Source of the DNA: Negativicutes bacterium
GTDB lineage: Bacteria > Bacillota > Negativicutes > UBA1444
Assembly (NCBI GenBank): GCA_963665275.2
Contig: CAXXIN010000009.1
Span: 64,001 to 128,000 of the forward strand
Direction: 5' to 3'
Length of the DNA stretch: 64,000 bases
The notes under the pieces are model-generated. The model had not been told where the DNA came from and did no database searches. It was given only the letters and a program-made list of their open reading frames with translations. This document shows positions 51,308 to 60,064 of the stretch, piece by piece. Every line of letters starts with the position of its first letter. Positions within the stretch are counted from its first letter, which is position 1. The position numbers and the translations under genes were made by a program.

Positions 51308-51337
51308 ATTATAGTCCCGCATTGAAAGCCGGGTCAA
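51308..51337 (-). promoter_or_regulatory. SigA promoter of dprA-topA
   Basis: TTGACC-N18-TATAAT. Confidence 0.7.
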
Positions 51338-51340
51338 GTC

Positions 51341-51378
51341 AAAAAAACAGAAAGCGGACAAGCTGAGCCTGTCCGCCT
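51341..51378 (-). terminator. Intrinsic terminator after folK
   Basis: GCGGACA-N9-TGTCCGC followed by TTTCTGTTTTTTT. Confidence 0.75.
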
Positions 51379-51382
51379 GGCG

Positions 51383-51901
51383 TTACACAAAACATTTCCT
51401 TGAAGAGTCCCAATTTACATTTTTCCAATGTCGGACTTCCCGCACACTATTTGCAGATAATCCTGACACCAACGCTTCAACGAGCCGGCCATCTTTCAAT
51501 GGAAGCGACGGCGCAACGTCCCGCAAGGGGATCAGTACAAAGGCTCGGTGTAAGATTCCGGGATGCGGCAGCGTCAACGTTTCACTCTCAATTTGAACGT
51601 CATCAAAAATCAGCAAATCAATATCGATAACTCTGGGACCCCAATGCCTGGTACGAATACGCCCCATTACTTGCTCAACCTCCAGGCATTTAGCAAGTAG
51701 CTCTGTCGGCGCAAGGCAGGTTTTAACCCTTATAACCATATTTAAAAAGTCCGCCTGATCCCTCACTCCAAACGGCACGGTTTCATAGATAGAAGATAAC
51801 TTCTCGATCTTTACCTTCCCATCCGCTTCAAGCAACTGGAGTGCTTGCTGTAATTTTTGTTCCCGGTCTCCTATATTGCTTCCCAGACCAAGAAGAATCA
51901 T
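51383..51901 (-). CDS. folK: HPPK (6-hydroxymethyl-dihydropterin pyrophosphokinase)
   Basis: LGLGSNIGD, SSIYET.P, FLN, WGPRVIDIDLL, LPHP...RAFVL.PL. Confidence 0.96.
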   Translation of the reverse strand: MILLGLGSNIGDREQKLQQALQLLEADGKVKIEKLSSIYETVPFGVRDQADFLNMVIRVKTCLAPTELLAKCLEVEQVMGRIRTRHWGPRVIDIDLLIFDDVQIESETLTLPHPGILHRAFVLIPLRDVAPSLPLKDGRLVEALVSGLSANSVREVRHWKNVNWDSSRKCFV

Positions 51902-52260
51902 GGATTTCGTTCCCGCTGAATCTCGATTTGAACCCCGTCCAGCATTCCCGACAGAGGAACTCCAGGCTTGCGTATCCGCAAAACGACCGCCGTCACTCGA
52001 GAGTCTTCCAATACACGATCTGCCAATCGCTGGGCAACCCTTTCCAAAAGATCATATCGTTCTTTTTCCATGACATCTTTGATCTTTTCAAAGATATCAA
52101 CATAATTCACCGCATCGTTTAGACTATCCGTCCGGCACGCAGCAGACAAATCCGCCACAATATCGGCATCAACCTCAAAAATCTGTCCATTACGTTTTTC
52201 GAACTCTTCACACCCATGGTACCCGAAAAATTTCATGTTGGATAATGTAACCTTATCCAT
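51898..52260 (-). CDS. folB: Dihydroneopterin aldolase
   Basis: FFGYHG...E...GQ.F.VD, VNY, LLE..A, KP. Confidence 0.95.
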   Translation of the reverse strand: MDKVTLSNMKFFGYHGCEEFEKRNGQIFEVDADIVADLSAACRTDSLNDAVNYVDIFEKIKDVMEKERYDLLERVAQRLADRVLEDSRVTAVVLRIRKPGVPLSGMLDGVQIEIQRERNP

Positions 52261-53464
52261 TGCCGAATGCCCTCCATCCTTGCAAAGCATCAGTTATCCC
52301 AGCCATCCGCTTCGCCATTTTGACATCATGGACACGGACGATTGAGGCGCCGTTCAGGATGGAGTGCACCATGCTTGCCCCAGTCCCTTCATCCCGCTCT
52401 TCCACCGGCAGTCCCAAAATTTCACCAATGAATCGTTTTCGTGAGGTTCCGACCAGAATCGGATAGCCCATTGATTGCAGCTCGGACAAGCGCCCAAGCA
52501 CTTCCAGATTTTGTGCGGAATTTTTCCCAAAACCGATTCCTGGGTCAAGAATGAACCGCGTTTCGTCGATTCCGGCATTCACACCGATTTCGACGCTGCG
52601 GGCAAAAAACTCTGCTAATTCACCCATGATGTCACGCGTTGATTCCACAGAAGAGCGATTATGCATCAATATCACCGGAACTCCATGCGCGGCAGCAACC
52701 TTCGCCATGTTGGGATCCTGCTGCAGACCCCAGATGTCATTGATAAGGTTCGCTCCCATGGTCAGAGCCCTGTCTGCCACTTCGCTCTTATAGGTATCGA
52801 CCGATACCGGGACATCCACCGTAGCCAAAATTTTCTCCAGTACAGGGAGCAACCGATCCATTTCCTCATCAACGGAAATCCTGACTGCGCCATACGGACG
52901 GGTAGACTCCGCGCCAATATCCAAAATGTCGGCTCCGTCGGCAACCAATGCCGCCGCTCGGGCTACCGCTGCATCCGTTTCATTATGTTTCCCGCCGTCA
53001 GAGAAGGAGTCCGGCGTCAAATTCAGAATACCCATTATTAAAGTCCGCCCCGGCTCTATCTGCCAATGTCTCCCGTTGATATCATAGTGGCGCCGCTGAT
53101 TTTTACCGGTATTCATCAAGGCCTTTTCCACTGCAGCCGCCACACCGGGCAGGCCCCAGGGTTGTTGATGCAATTGCGCCAAAGCCAGTCGATAATGTTT
53201 CATGGTCCCGCAAATCAGCACATCGGTACAATCGACGCTGAGATCGGCAGTTCCGCGGGTGACGGCAACTTCTGCTCCCTTCGCCAAAAAAGTTTGTTTT
53301 AATAAATTGGCAGCTTTCGCTGGAACATTTTCAACACAAACCGTGCGAAATATCGCTTTGGGAGCCATAATGGCAATGCCTGCCGAATCACATCCCATAT
53401 GGGTCATCCACGCCGCAGCCTCGCTGACGTGGCGAAAACAAACTTCTCTTGCCTGGTAGACCAT
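52253..53464 (-). CDS. folP: Dihydropteroate synthase with N-terminal extension
   Basis: MGILNLTPDSFSDGG, DIGAESTRP, DPGIGFGK, GTSRKRF, VRVHDV; ATG 53464 behind AGGAGG. Confidence 0.95.
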   Translation of the reverse strand: MVYQAREVCFRHVSEAAAWMTHMGCDSAGIAIMAPKAIFRTVCVENVPAKAANLLKQTFLAKGAEVAVTRGTADLSVDCTDVLICGTMKHYRLALAQLHQQPWGLPGVAAAVEKALMNTGKNQRRHYDINGRHWQIEPGRTLIMGILNLTPDSFSDGGKHNETDAAVARAAALVADGADILDIGAESTRPYGAVRISVDEEMDRLLPVLEKILATVDVPVSVDTYKSEVADRALTMGANLINDIWGLQQDPNMAKVAAAHGVPVILMHNRSSVESTRDIMGELAEFFARSVEIGVNAGIDETRFILDPGIGFGKNSAQNLEVLGRLSELQSMGYPILVGTSRKRFIGEILGLPVEERDEGTGASMVHSILNGASIVRVHDVKMAKRMAGITDALQGWRAFGNG

Positions 53465-53555
53465 GCTACGCCTCCTGTTGCAGGGTGACTTGTGATATTG
53501 TATCATAGAACAATCAATCAAAGAACAACAAAGCACCTTCAAGGAGGCCCTCTTT

Positions 53556-54608
53556 ATGCAACAGCGACTGCCTGCATCCAGGTTCAATCTGCCGGTGGAT
53601 GAAATTCGCAACGGATTCTATAGCGACAGTTACTTCGTCCGTTCGAAGAACATCCTGGAAAACGATCAATATAACCCCCAGGTCGTTATGCAGATTTTTC
53701 AGCGCCAACAGTCCGTATTATGTGGCATCGACCACGCGATCGCAATCCTGAAAACCTGCGCCATCCGCCCGGAAGACCTGAAAATACGAGCGTTGTTCGA
53801 CGGCGACAGATTGGAACCCTGGGAAACGGTCATGACGATCGAAGGTCGACTGGCCGATTTTGTTCATTTGGAAACCGTATACCTTGGCGTTCTTTCCCGA
53901 CAAACCAAGCTAGCCACTAATGTGGACCGGGTAGTAAGAGCAGCCGCAGGCAAACCTGTATTGTTTTTCCCCTCGCGATTTGATCATTATGCGGTCCAGG
54001 CGGAAGATGGATATGCCGCCAAAATTGGCGGGGTGTTCGGGGTCTCAACTCCTGCCAATGCCGCCTATTGGGGGGGCGACGCGCTCGGCACCATTCCTCA
54101 TGCACTGATCGCGGCATACCAAGGGGATACATTGGCTGCCACCGAAGCCTTTGACCGCCATATTGATCCGACGATTAACCGGGTGGCATTAGTCGATTTT
54201 GACAACGACTGTGTGCGAACAGCATTGGAAGTCGCCCGTAAATTCGGCGACCGGCTGTATGGCGTTCGGCTGGATACCGCTGATACCCTCGTCGATGTTT
54301 CTGTCTTGCCGCAGATGGGTGCATTTAAGCCAACCGGAGTCTGCGCTCCTCTGGTGAGAAATGTCAGAAAAGCACTCAATGAGGAAGGCTTTGGTCACGT
54401 TAAAATCATGGTATCCGGGGGCTTTACCGCTGAAAAAATTCTGGCTTTTGAATCAGAAAAAGTTCCCGTAGATGTCTACGCCGTCGGCAGCAGTCTCTTC
54501 AATGACAACGTCAATTTCACCGCCGATATCGTAACTGTTGACAACAAACCGTGCGCCAAGGTTGGTCGCCATTATCGGGATAATCCCCGCTTGCAGCGGG
54601 TCGAATAA
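53556..54608 (+). CDS. pncB: Nicotinate phosphoribosyltransferase-like (type II PRTase)
   Basis: SDSYF, ET..LG.L, GTIPHAL (phospho-His-type motif), ALVDF, GVRLDT, VSGG, AKVGR; AAGGAGG RBS. Confidence 0.8.
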   Translation: MQQRLPASRFNLPVDEIRNGFYSDSYFVRSKNILENDQYNPQVVMQIFQRQQSVLCGIDHAIAILKTCAIRPEDLKIRALFDGDRLEPWETVMTIEGRLADFVHLETVYLGVLSRQTKLATNVDRVVRAAAGKPVLFFPSRFDHYAVQAEDGYAAKIGGVFGVSTPANAAYWGGDALGTIPHALIAAYQGDTLAATEAFDRHIDPTINRVALVDFDNDCVRTALEVARKFGDRLYGVRLDTADTLVDVSVLPQMGAFKPTGVCAPLVRNVRKALNEEGFGHVKIMVSGGFTAEKILAFESEKVPVDVYAVGSSLFNDNVNFTADIVTVDNKPCAKVGRHYRDNPRLQRVE

Positions 54609-54619
54609 GCTAATGAAAA

Positions 54620-55525
54620 TTATTCCTCATCCATCACAAAGGCGCAATCGCAGGTTTCGCTTTTTTGAATCTGGGTTGCGAGGCGTTGATGCAGTGAAGC
54701 TGCAGTATCGTCAATCCTGTTTATGACTCCTGCTACACTGACCGTGAGGGCGGCCTCATCCGAGCTGGCCGAGTTGGCGGCTCGGTTTGCAATCGCTCTT
54801 AATTTATCTGCCAGCAAAATTAAAATTGTTTTTTTGGTGTTGGGGCTAATCACCAAAAATCGAGTCCCGTCCCATCTGCCAACAATATCTGAGGGTCCCG
54901 CCCCTGCAGCAATATTTCGGGCTACAGACCGCAAAACCTGATCTCCTACCTCCGGACCATACTGATCGTTCAACGTCTTGAACCCCACGATGTTGATGAG
55001 CAGAAGCCCGAAGGGAGACAGGTTTTTTTTATATTCGCCCAGCACCATGCCAATACGACTTTCGATATAACGACGATTGGGAAGCCCTGTTACCAGGTCA
55101 AAATACGCCAAGGTCGCTAAAGCTTTCATTTTTTTCCCATGTTCACTGCTGGGGGTCATATCCGAAAAGATCTCTACAGCACCAACAATTTGATTCGATA
55201 GACTGCGCATGGGGATTATCCGGATAAACACCGGCACCCTGTATCCTGATTTATGTTGGAGAAAAAGAGTTTCCTCCCTGATCACGCCATCCAGCAGAGT
55301 TTTAGCCACTGGACACTTGCCTTGGCATAAATTCGTGCCTTCAGCGTCTGTATGCATCAACAGATTCCAATGACAGGGCTTATGGAGAACTTCATTCTCC
55401 GAATAACCGGTGATGTTCTCTGCACCACTATTCCAAAACGTGATTACCCGATTGACATCAACAAAGTAAACACCTTCATTAAGATGGTTTATCACCGTTC
55501 GGTAAAAATTTGGTGCGTTATTCAA
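54620..55525 (-). CDS. PAS + degenerate GGDEF-domain protein
   Basis: PAS (WNSGAENITGYS..EV); D.VTGLPNRR, F..LNDQYG..VGDQVL, but active-site loop reads RWDGTRF. Confidence 0.88.
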   Translation of the reverse strand: MNNAPNFYRTVINHLNEGVYFVDVNRVITFWNSGAENITGYSENEVLHKPCHWNLLMHTDAEGTNLCQGKCPVAKTLLDGVIREETLFLQHKSGYRVPVFIRIIPMRSLSNQIVGAVEIFSDMTPSSEHGKKMKALATLAYFDLVTGLPNRRYIESRIGMVLGEYKKNLSPFGLLLINIVGFKTLNDQYGPEVGDQVLRSVARNIAAGAGPSDIVGRWDGTRFLVISPNTKKTILILLADKLRAIANRAANSASSDEAALTVSVAGVINRIDDTAASLHQRLATQIQKSETCDCAFVMDEE

Positions 55526-55571
55526 TGAAAACCCCTCCGCTTATCAGCTTCAGTCTGCCAATGGGAATTAC

Positions 55572-55599
55572 ATTCCGCAGCAAGTGGCAATTATCCTGC
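55572..55599 (-). promoter_or_regulatory. Putative SigH promoter upstream of the PAS-GGDEF gene
   Basis: GCAGGATAA-N12-GCGGAAT. Confidence 0.55.
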
Positions 55600-55615
55600 C
55601 AACAAATAGATTAAC

Positions 55616-57157
55616 TTACACCAATTTACCATTTTGGGTTTCCGCCGTCGCGGCCCGTAGCTGGATCGCTTCCCCCATATGATCAGATTGGATTTGGTTG
55701 GATTCAGCGAGGTCGGCAATCGTTCGAGCCACCTTGACAATTCTGTCGTAAGACCTTGCATTTAATTTCATTTTTTCAAACGCCGCGTGTAGGAGACTCT
55801 GCGCATCAGTTCCAACATGACAGAGCTCTCGTAGTTGCCTGTGGTTCATCTGAGCATTGCAAAAGGCGCCGGTTCCACTCAGACGTTCGTATTGCTGCTG
55901 CCGGGCTTTCTTGACACGCGCAGCGATACAACCCGACGCTTCGCTTTGTTTTAATGAAGCCATTTCATTGTACGTTAACCGCGGCACACCAATATGAATA
56001 TCGATCCGATCCAACAAAGGCCCAGAAATTCTCTGCATATATCGCTTTATCTGGAGGTCGGAACAGCTGCATCCATGGTCCGGGTCCCCGAAAAATCCGC
56101 AAGGGCACGGATTCATCGAAGCGATCAGCATAAACCGCGATGGATATGTGTAAGAAGAATTAACGCGAGCCACTGTAACTTGGCCATCTTCAATGGGTTG
56201 CCTCAAGACTTCGAGCACCTGTCTGGGGAATTCCGGTAATTCATCCAGGAAGAGCACTCCATGATGCGCCAGAGTTACTTCGCCGGGCCTCGGAATCCTT
56301 CCCCCGCCAGCCATTGCTGCGGCTGAAACCGTGTGGTGCGGGGAACGAAAAGGTCGGGTTTTCGCCAAACCTCCCGACGGGCCCAACAAGCCGGCAACGC
56401 TGTAAATTTTACTGACCTCCAACGCCTCATCCAGGGTCATCGGCGGTAATATCGAGGGAAGGCGTCGGGCAAGCATGGTTTTACCTGCGCCAGGCGAACC
56501 GGTCATAAGAATATTGTGCCCTCCGGCGGCAGCAATTTCAAGCGCCCTTTTTGCACCGAACTGCCCCTGTACATCTTTGAAGTCATCCATAAAACATGGC
56601 TCTGGTGTCAATATTTTCTGTTTATCAAAATCAGGCACTCCTTGGCTTTCGCCTCTGACAATCGCCACCGCCATCGTCAGACTATCAACGGCAAGAATCT
56701 CAAGTTGGGTTACAACTTTCGCTTCAACAGCGTTAACAGCAGGAACGACAAACTTTTCCAAACCCTGCTCGCGGCACATGATCGCCATGGGCAAAGCCCC
56801 TGCAATGCTTCGCACCTGAGCATCCAAAGACAATTCTCCTGCAAAAGCAATCGTCTCTAACTTGCAGACGCCCAATTGCTCAGTCGCCGCAAGAATTCCT
56901 AAGGCAATCGGCAGATCCAGACCGGAGCCATCCTTTTTCAAGTCAGCTGGTGCAAGATTCACCGTGATCCGCCGATAGGGAAAATCAAAACCGGCATTTT
57001 TGATTGCGGCCCTCACCCGTTCTTTGGATTCACGAACCGCCGCATCAGGCAATCCCACAATATCCATGCCTGGAATCCCGTTGGAGATATCGACTTCTAT
57101 TGTTAGAAGTACTCCATTCAATCCAAAAATTCCTGCACCGAACGTTTTTGCAAACAT
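55616..57157 (-). CDS. comM: ComM/YifB AAA+ helicase
   Basis: IVGLPDAAVRESKERV, NLAPADLKKDGSGLDLPIA, GSPGAGKTM, PFRSPHH, LFLDELPEF, MNPCPCG, SGPLLDRID. Confidence 0.95.
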   Translation of the reverse strand: MFAKTFGAGIFGLNGVLLTIEVDISNGIPGMDIVGLPDAAVRESKERVRAAIKNAGFDFPYRRITVNLAPADLKKDGSGLDLPIALGILAATEQLGVCKLETIAFAGELSLDAQVRSIAGALPMAIMCREQGLEKFVVPAVNAVEAKVVTQLEILAVDSLTMAVAIVRGESQGVPDFDKQKILTPEPCFMDDFKDVQGQFGAKRALEIAAAGGHNILMTGSPGAGKTMLARRLPSILPPMTLDEALEVSKIYSVAGLLGPSGGLAKTRPFRSPHHTVSAAAMAGGGRIPRPGEVTLAHHGVLFLDELPEFPRQVLEVLRQPIEDGQVTVARVNSSYTYPSRFMLIASMNPCPCGFFGDPDHGCSCSDLQIKRYMQRISGPLLDRIDIHIGVPRLTYNEMASLKQSEASGCIAARVKKARQQQYERLSGTGAFCNAQMNHRQLRELCHVGTDAQSLLHAAFEKMKLNARSYDRIVKVARTIADLAESNQIQSDHMGEAIQLRAATAETQNGKLV

Positions 57158-57168
57158 CATTTTCCTCC

Positions 57169-57537
57169 TCAACTGCCGAATGCATTGGGAATGTGGTGGA
57201 TTGACGGCTGGTCCGCCGAACCCATCAATATTTCAATGACGTCAAAGCGGCAGGGATAGTTGGACAGATGAAAGCATTGCATATACAGCAATGCCGTTCT
57301 GATAATCCGCTGCTGTTTGGGGACATTGACCGCCTCCGCCCCGGAACCATGGCAGAGACTACTTCGACTCTTCACTTCACAGAAAACCAATTCTCCAGAT
57401 CTTTGCGCAATGATATCGATTTCACCTGTTTTCATTCGCCAATTTCTTTGAAGAATTTGATATCCCCGATCCAATAAAAAGACCGCCGCGAGGTCCTCCC
57501 CGCGACGGCCTTTTTCTACACAGTTCATAGAAATCAT
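57169..57537 (-). CDS. yraN: YraN-family PD-(D/E)XK nuclease
   Basis: G..GEDLA, NWR...GEIDIIA, F.EVKSR, RFDV. Confidence 0.94.
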   Translation of the reverse strand: MISMNCVEKGRRGEDLAAVFLLDRGYQILQRNWRMKTGEIDIIAQRSGELVFCEVKSRSSLCHGSGAEAVNVPKQQRIIRTALLYMQCFHLSNYPCRFDVIEILMGSADQPSIHHIPNAFGS

Positions 57538-57833
57538 CTTCTCTTTCCTATTCTGTCAGCGGCTCTCCCATCCATGCGATAAACGAATGCAAGAACGTTG
57601 GCGACAGCTTGATACAGTTCAGGAGGAATTTCCCGATCCAATTCAACAGCCATCAATAGTTGAGTAACTGTCTGGTTCTGATATACGGGAACTGCGTTAC
57701 GCTTGGCGATTGCCAATAATTGCTGTGCAACAAAACCTCGGCCCTTTGCCACCACTCGCGGCGCATCTTCGCGATCTCTATCGAAACGAAGAGCCACCGC
57801 CTCCGGGACAAGAACATTTTTGTCCTTATCCAT
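57534..57833 (-). CDS. FlhB C-terminal-domain-only protein (YlqH/FlhX-like)
   Basis: AVALRF.....APRVVAKG.G..A, EIPPELYQAVANVLAFVY: homologous to the post-NPTH fragment of FlhB. Confidence 0.9.
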   Translation of the reverse strand: MDKDKNVLVPEAVALRFDRDREDAPRVVAKGRGFVAQQLLAIAKRNAVPVYQNQTVTQLLMAVELDREIPPELYQAVANVLAFVYRMDGRAADRIGKRR

Positions 57834-59385
57834 CGGCCATTCCCCCTACGGCGCTTCTCTGCGTGACTGAAATGTTTTTCAGTTCAAAGGGTGTTGCAGC
57901 AAGTTCTTCGCGAATTTCAGATATAGAAGACTGAAATTCCGATGCGCTATCCACATCAGCAAACCGGCTGAATATAGTAAGATATTTTTTATCCTGAAGC
58001 CGAAAGCTTAGATCAACCACACCAATATAATCGGTCTCCAACGAAACCCTGACCCATACTTCCTGTTCCGGTGGTTGTGAACTCCCCCGGTCTTTTTTTT
58101 CTTCATATATTTGAATTAGAGCTGGATAGGGTTTTTCCTGCCCGGGTGCATATAAAGCAACCTGCAGCATCAAACCGCGGGATGCAGAATCATCTCCCTG
58201 ATTACGAAACATTCCCGGTTGTTCAAAAGTTGATACCAATTCTTTTAAAGTGGCGGCCGACTGCTGACGTTCCGTTTGTCCCAGTTGCACCCACGGCGTC
58301 AAATCAGCTGCTTTTGCGGCGGTCCAAAACTCAAGCAGTTCAGGTTTTTGCTCGCGCTCAGCCATTGACGTCAGCCATTGAGGAGCTGATCGGGCCAGTT
58401 TGTCAAAAGCGACTGCTGACGCCTTGCCTTCAGATTTAGCAGGCAGTGCTCCTTCAGTTGCCGCCACGATCTCCGGCAACATGGAAAACAACTTACTCAA
58501 CGCTTCCGGGCGCGACGCCAAGTTGGACAATAACAGTTCGAACCGTCCAGTTCGTGATAAAACACTTGATGCTGCAGACAAAAGCGTTTGGTTTTCTGCG
58601 CCTGTCGCATCAGCCGCCAGTTCTTGCAGCACCGACGTTATGGTTTGGGAAGCGCCAGCGGCGGCGCCAGATCCTCCCCAGCCCTGCGCAGCAGCCCACA
58701 CCTTGACCAATTCCGGCTGTCCGATTGATTGAGCCGTTAGGGTTATCTGCGGGTCCATCTGAGAGATCAGCTTTGACAACTGCGCTGATATCGCGGGATC
58801 GTTTGCTGCATTATTCAGAACACCCCCGACAGCATTTACCCATTGAGGAAGTGCTGTCCCAATATCGCCTGTTTGCAGAGCCTTGTCCATTAGTATCGCC
58901 AAAACAGCAACTGGAGTAGGCATGTTTTTTGTCGCAGCCCCCATATTCTGTAAGGCAATCAATCCTCGATCTACAGCGGTCTGCAAGGCTTTTGATCCAG
59001 CAAACTCCGGTATCTGATCAACATAAGCCAACTCGGTTGCAACCTGACGAATCGTATCTGATAGAACGCGGTTCTCCCGAACGATTCCAGACAATCCTTG
59101 CTGGATTTCGGCATGACCTGCGGCAGCGTCGCCTTTTGAGGAAAGCATAGTTTCCTTCAATCGATCCTGTACACTAAGGGGTAAGCTATCGATCAATTCT
59201 AGTCGTTGGGAGACCATACGACCAAAAGCCTGTAGCAAATCGGGCATCGAAAAGTCTGCATCAGAAGCTGCATTAGTTAGTGTTGCACCAACATCCGCCG
59301 TGGCACCGGAACTCGACTGCGTGTTTGTACGAGCGCTGTTTTCCTGATTTATCGTTGCAGCTCGTGTGAAATCATCGATTCTCAT
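57826..59385 (-). CDS. YlqG-like protein with FliK-like C-terminal domain
   Basis: Ala-rich helical body; C-terminal VSLETDYIGVVDL...ISEIREELA resembling a T3S4 domain; ATG 59385 behind GGAGG; upstream of the FlhB-like gene. Confidence 0.65.
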   Translation of the reverse strand: MRIDDFTRAATINQENSARTNTQSSSGATADVGATLTNAASDADFSMPDLLQAFGRMVSQRLELIDSLPLSVQDRLKETMLSSKGDAAAGHAEIQQGLSGIVRENRVLSDTIRQVATELAYVDQIPEFAGSKALQTAVDRGLIALQNMGAATKNMPTPVAVLAILMDKALQTGDIGTALPQWVNAVGGVLNNAANDPAISAQLSKLISQMDPQITLTAQSIGQPELVKVWAAAQGWGGSGAAAGASQTITSVLQELAADATGAENQTLLSAASSVLSRTGRFELLLSNLASRPEALSKLFSMLPEIVAATEGALPAKSEGKASAVAFDKLARSAPQWLTSMAEREQKPELLEFWTAAKAADLTPWVQLGQTERQQSAATLKELVSTFEQPGMFRNQGDDSASRGLMLQVALYAPGQEKPYPALIQIYEEKKDRGSSQPPEQEVWVRVSLETDYIGVVDLSFRLQDKKYLTIFSRFADVDSASEFQSSISEIREELAATPFELKNISVTQRSAVGGMADG

Positions 59386-60064
59386 CAGTCGGTGTCCTCC
59401 ACGATTTGATCGGCGCAAAACTTTGTCGGTGGATGGCACAGGGCCCATAAATTTCAATAGCCTTCAAATGTTCAGGTGTGCCATACCCTTTGTGTCTGCC
59501 AAATCCATATTGAGGAAATTCAGCGTCCAAGTCTTGCATAATACGGTCGCGAATAACCTTAGCGATGATCGAAGCTGCAGCAATGCTGGCACTTAGCGAA
59601 TCTCCATGAATGATAGGCAAACAGGGAACCGATAAATCCGGTAGAGGCATCGCGTCGGAAAGCACCATATCAAAGGGATGAGACAAACCCGCCAGAGATT
59701 GAAGCATCGCAACACGAGCCGCCTGATAGATATTAATTCGATCAATGTCTGACGGTTCAACGCGACTCCAAGAGTAGGCTACTGCCTTTGCCTGTATTTG
59801 TTCGAACAGACGCTCCCGCCGCCGCGGCGAGACCTGCTTCGAGTCATTCAAATAAGGAAACTCGACTCCCAGCGGCAAAACCACCGCAGCAGCCACTACA
59901 GGTCCTGCCAGGGGTCCCCTGCCAGCCTCGTCGGTTCCTACGATAGCCGAATAACCCTGAGAAGCCCAATAACGTTCATACTTATAAAGGCCGTGACACG
60001 GCTGAAGGTCAGTTTCAATAAACGAAAGGGCCTGCCTATTCGTCTTTTTCTCCAGGTATTTCAA
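59372..60064 (-). CDS. rnhB: Ribonuclease HII
   Basis: GTDEAGRGPLAGPV, LNDSK, SIAAASIIAKV.RD, HKGYGT..H. Confidence 0.96.
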   Translation of the reverse strand: MKYLEKKTNRQALSFIETDLQPCHGLYKYERYWASQGYSAIVGTDEAGRGPLAGPVVAAAVVLPLGVEFPYLNDSKQVSPRRRERLFEQIQAKAVAYSWSRVEPSDIDRINIYQAARVAMLQSLAGLSHPFDMVLSDAMPLPDLSVPCLPIIHGDSLSASIAAASIIAKVIRDRIMQDLDAEFPQYGFGRHKGYGTPEHLKAIEIYGPCAIHRQSFAPIKSWRTPTDENR

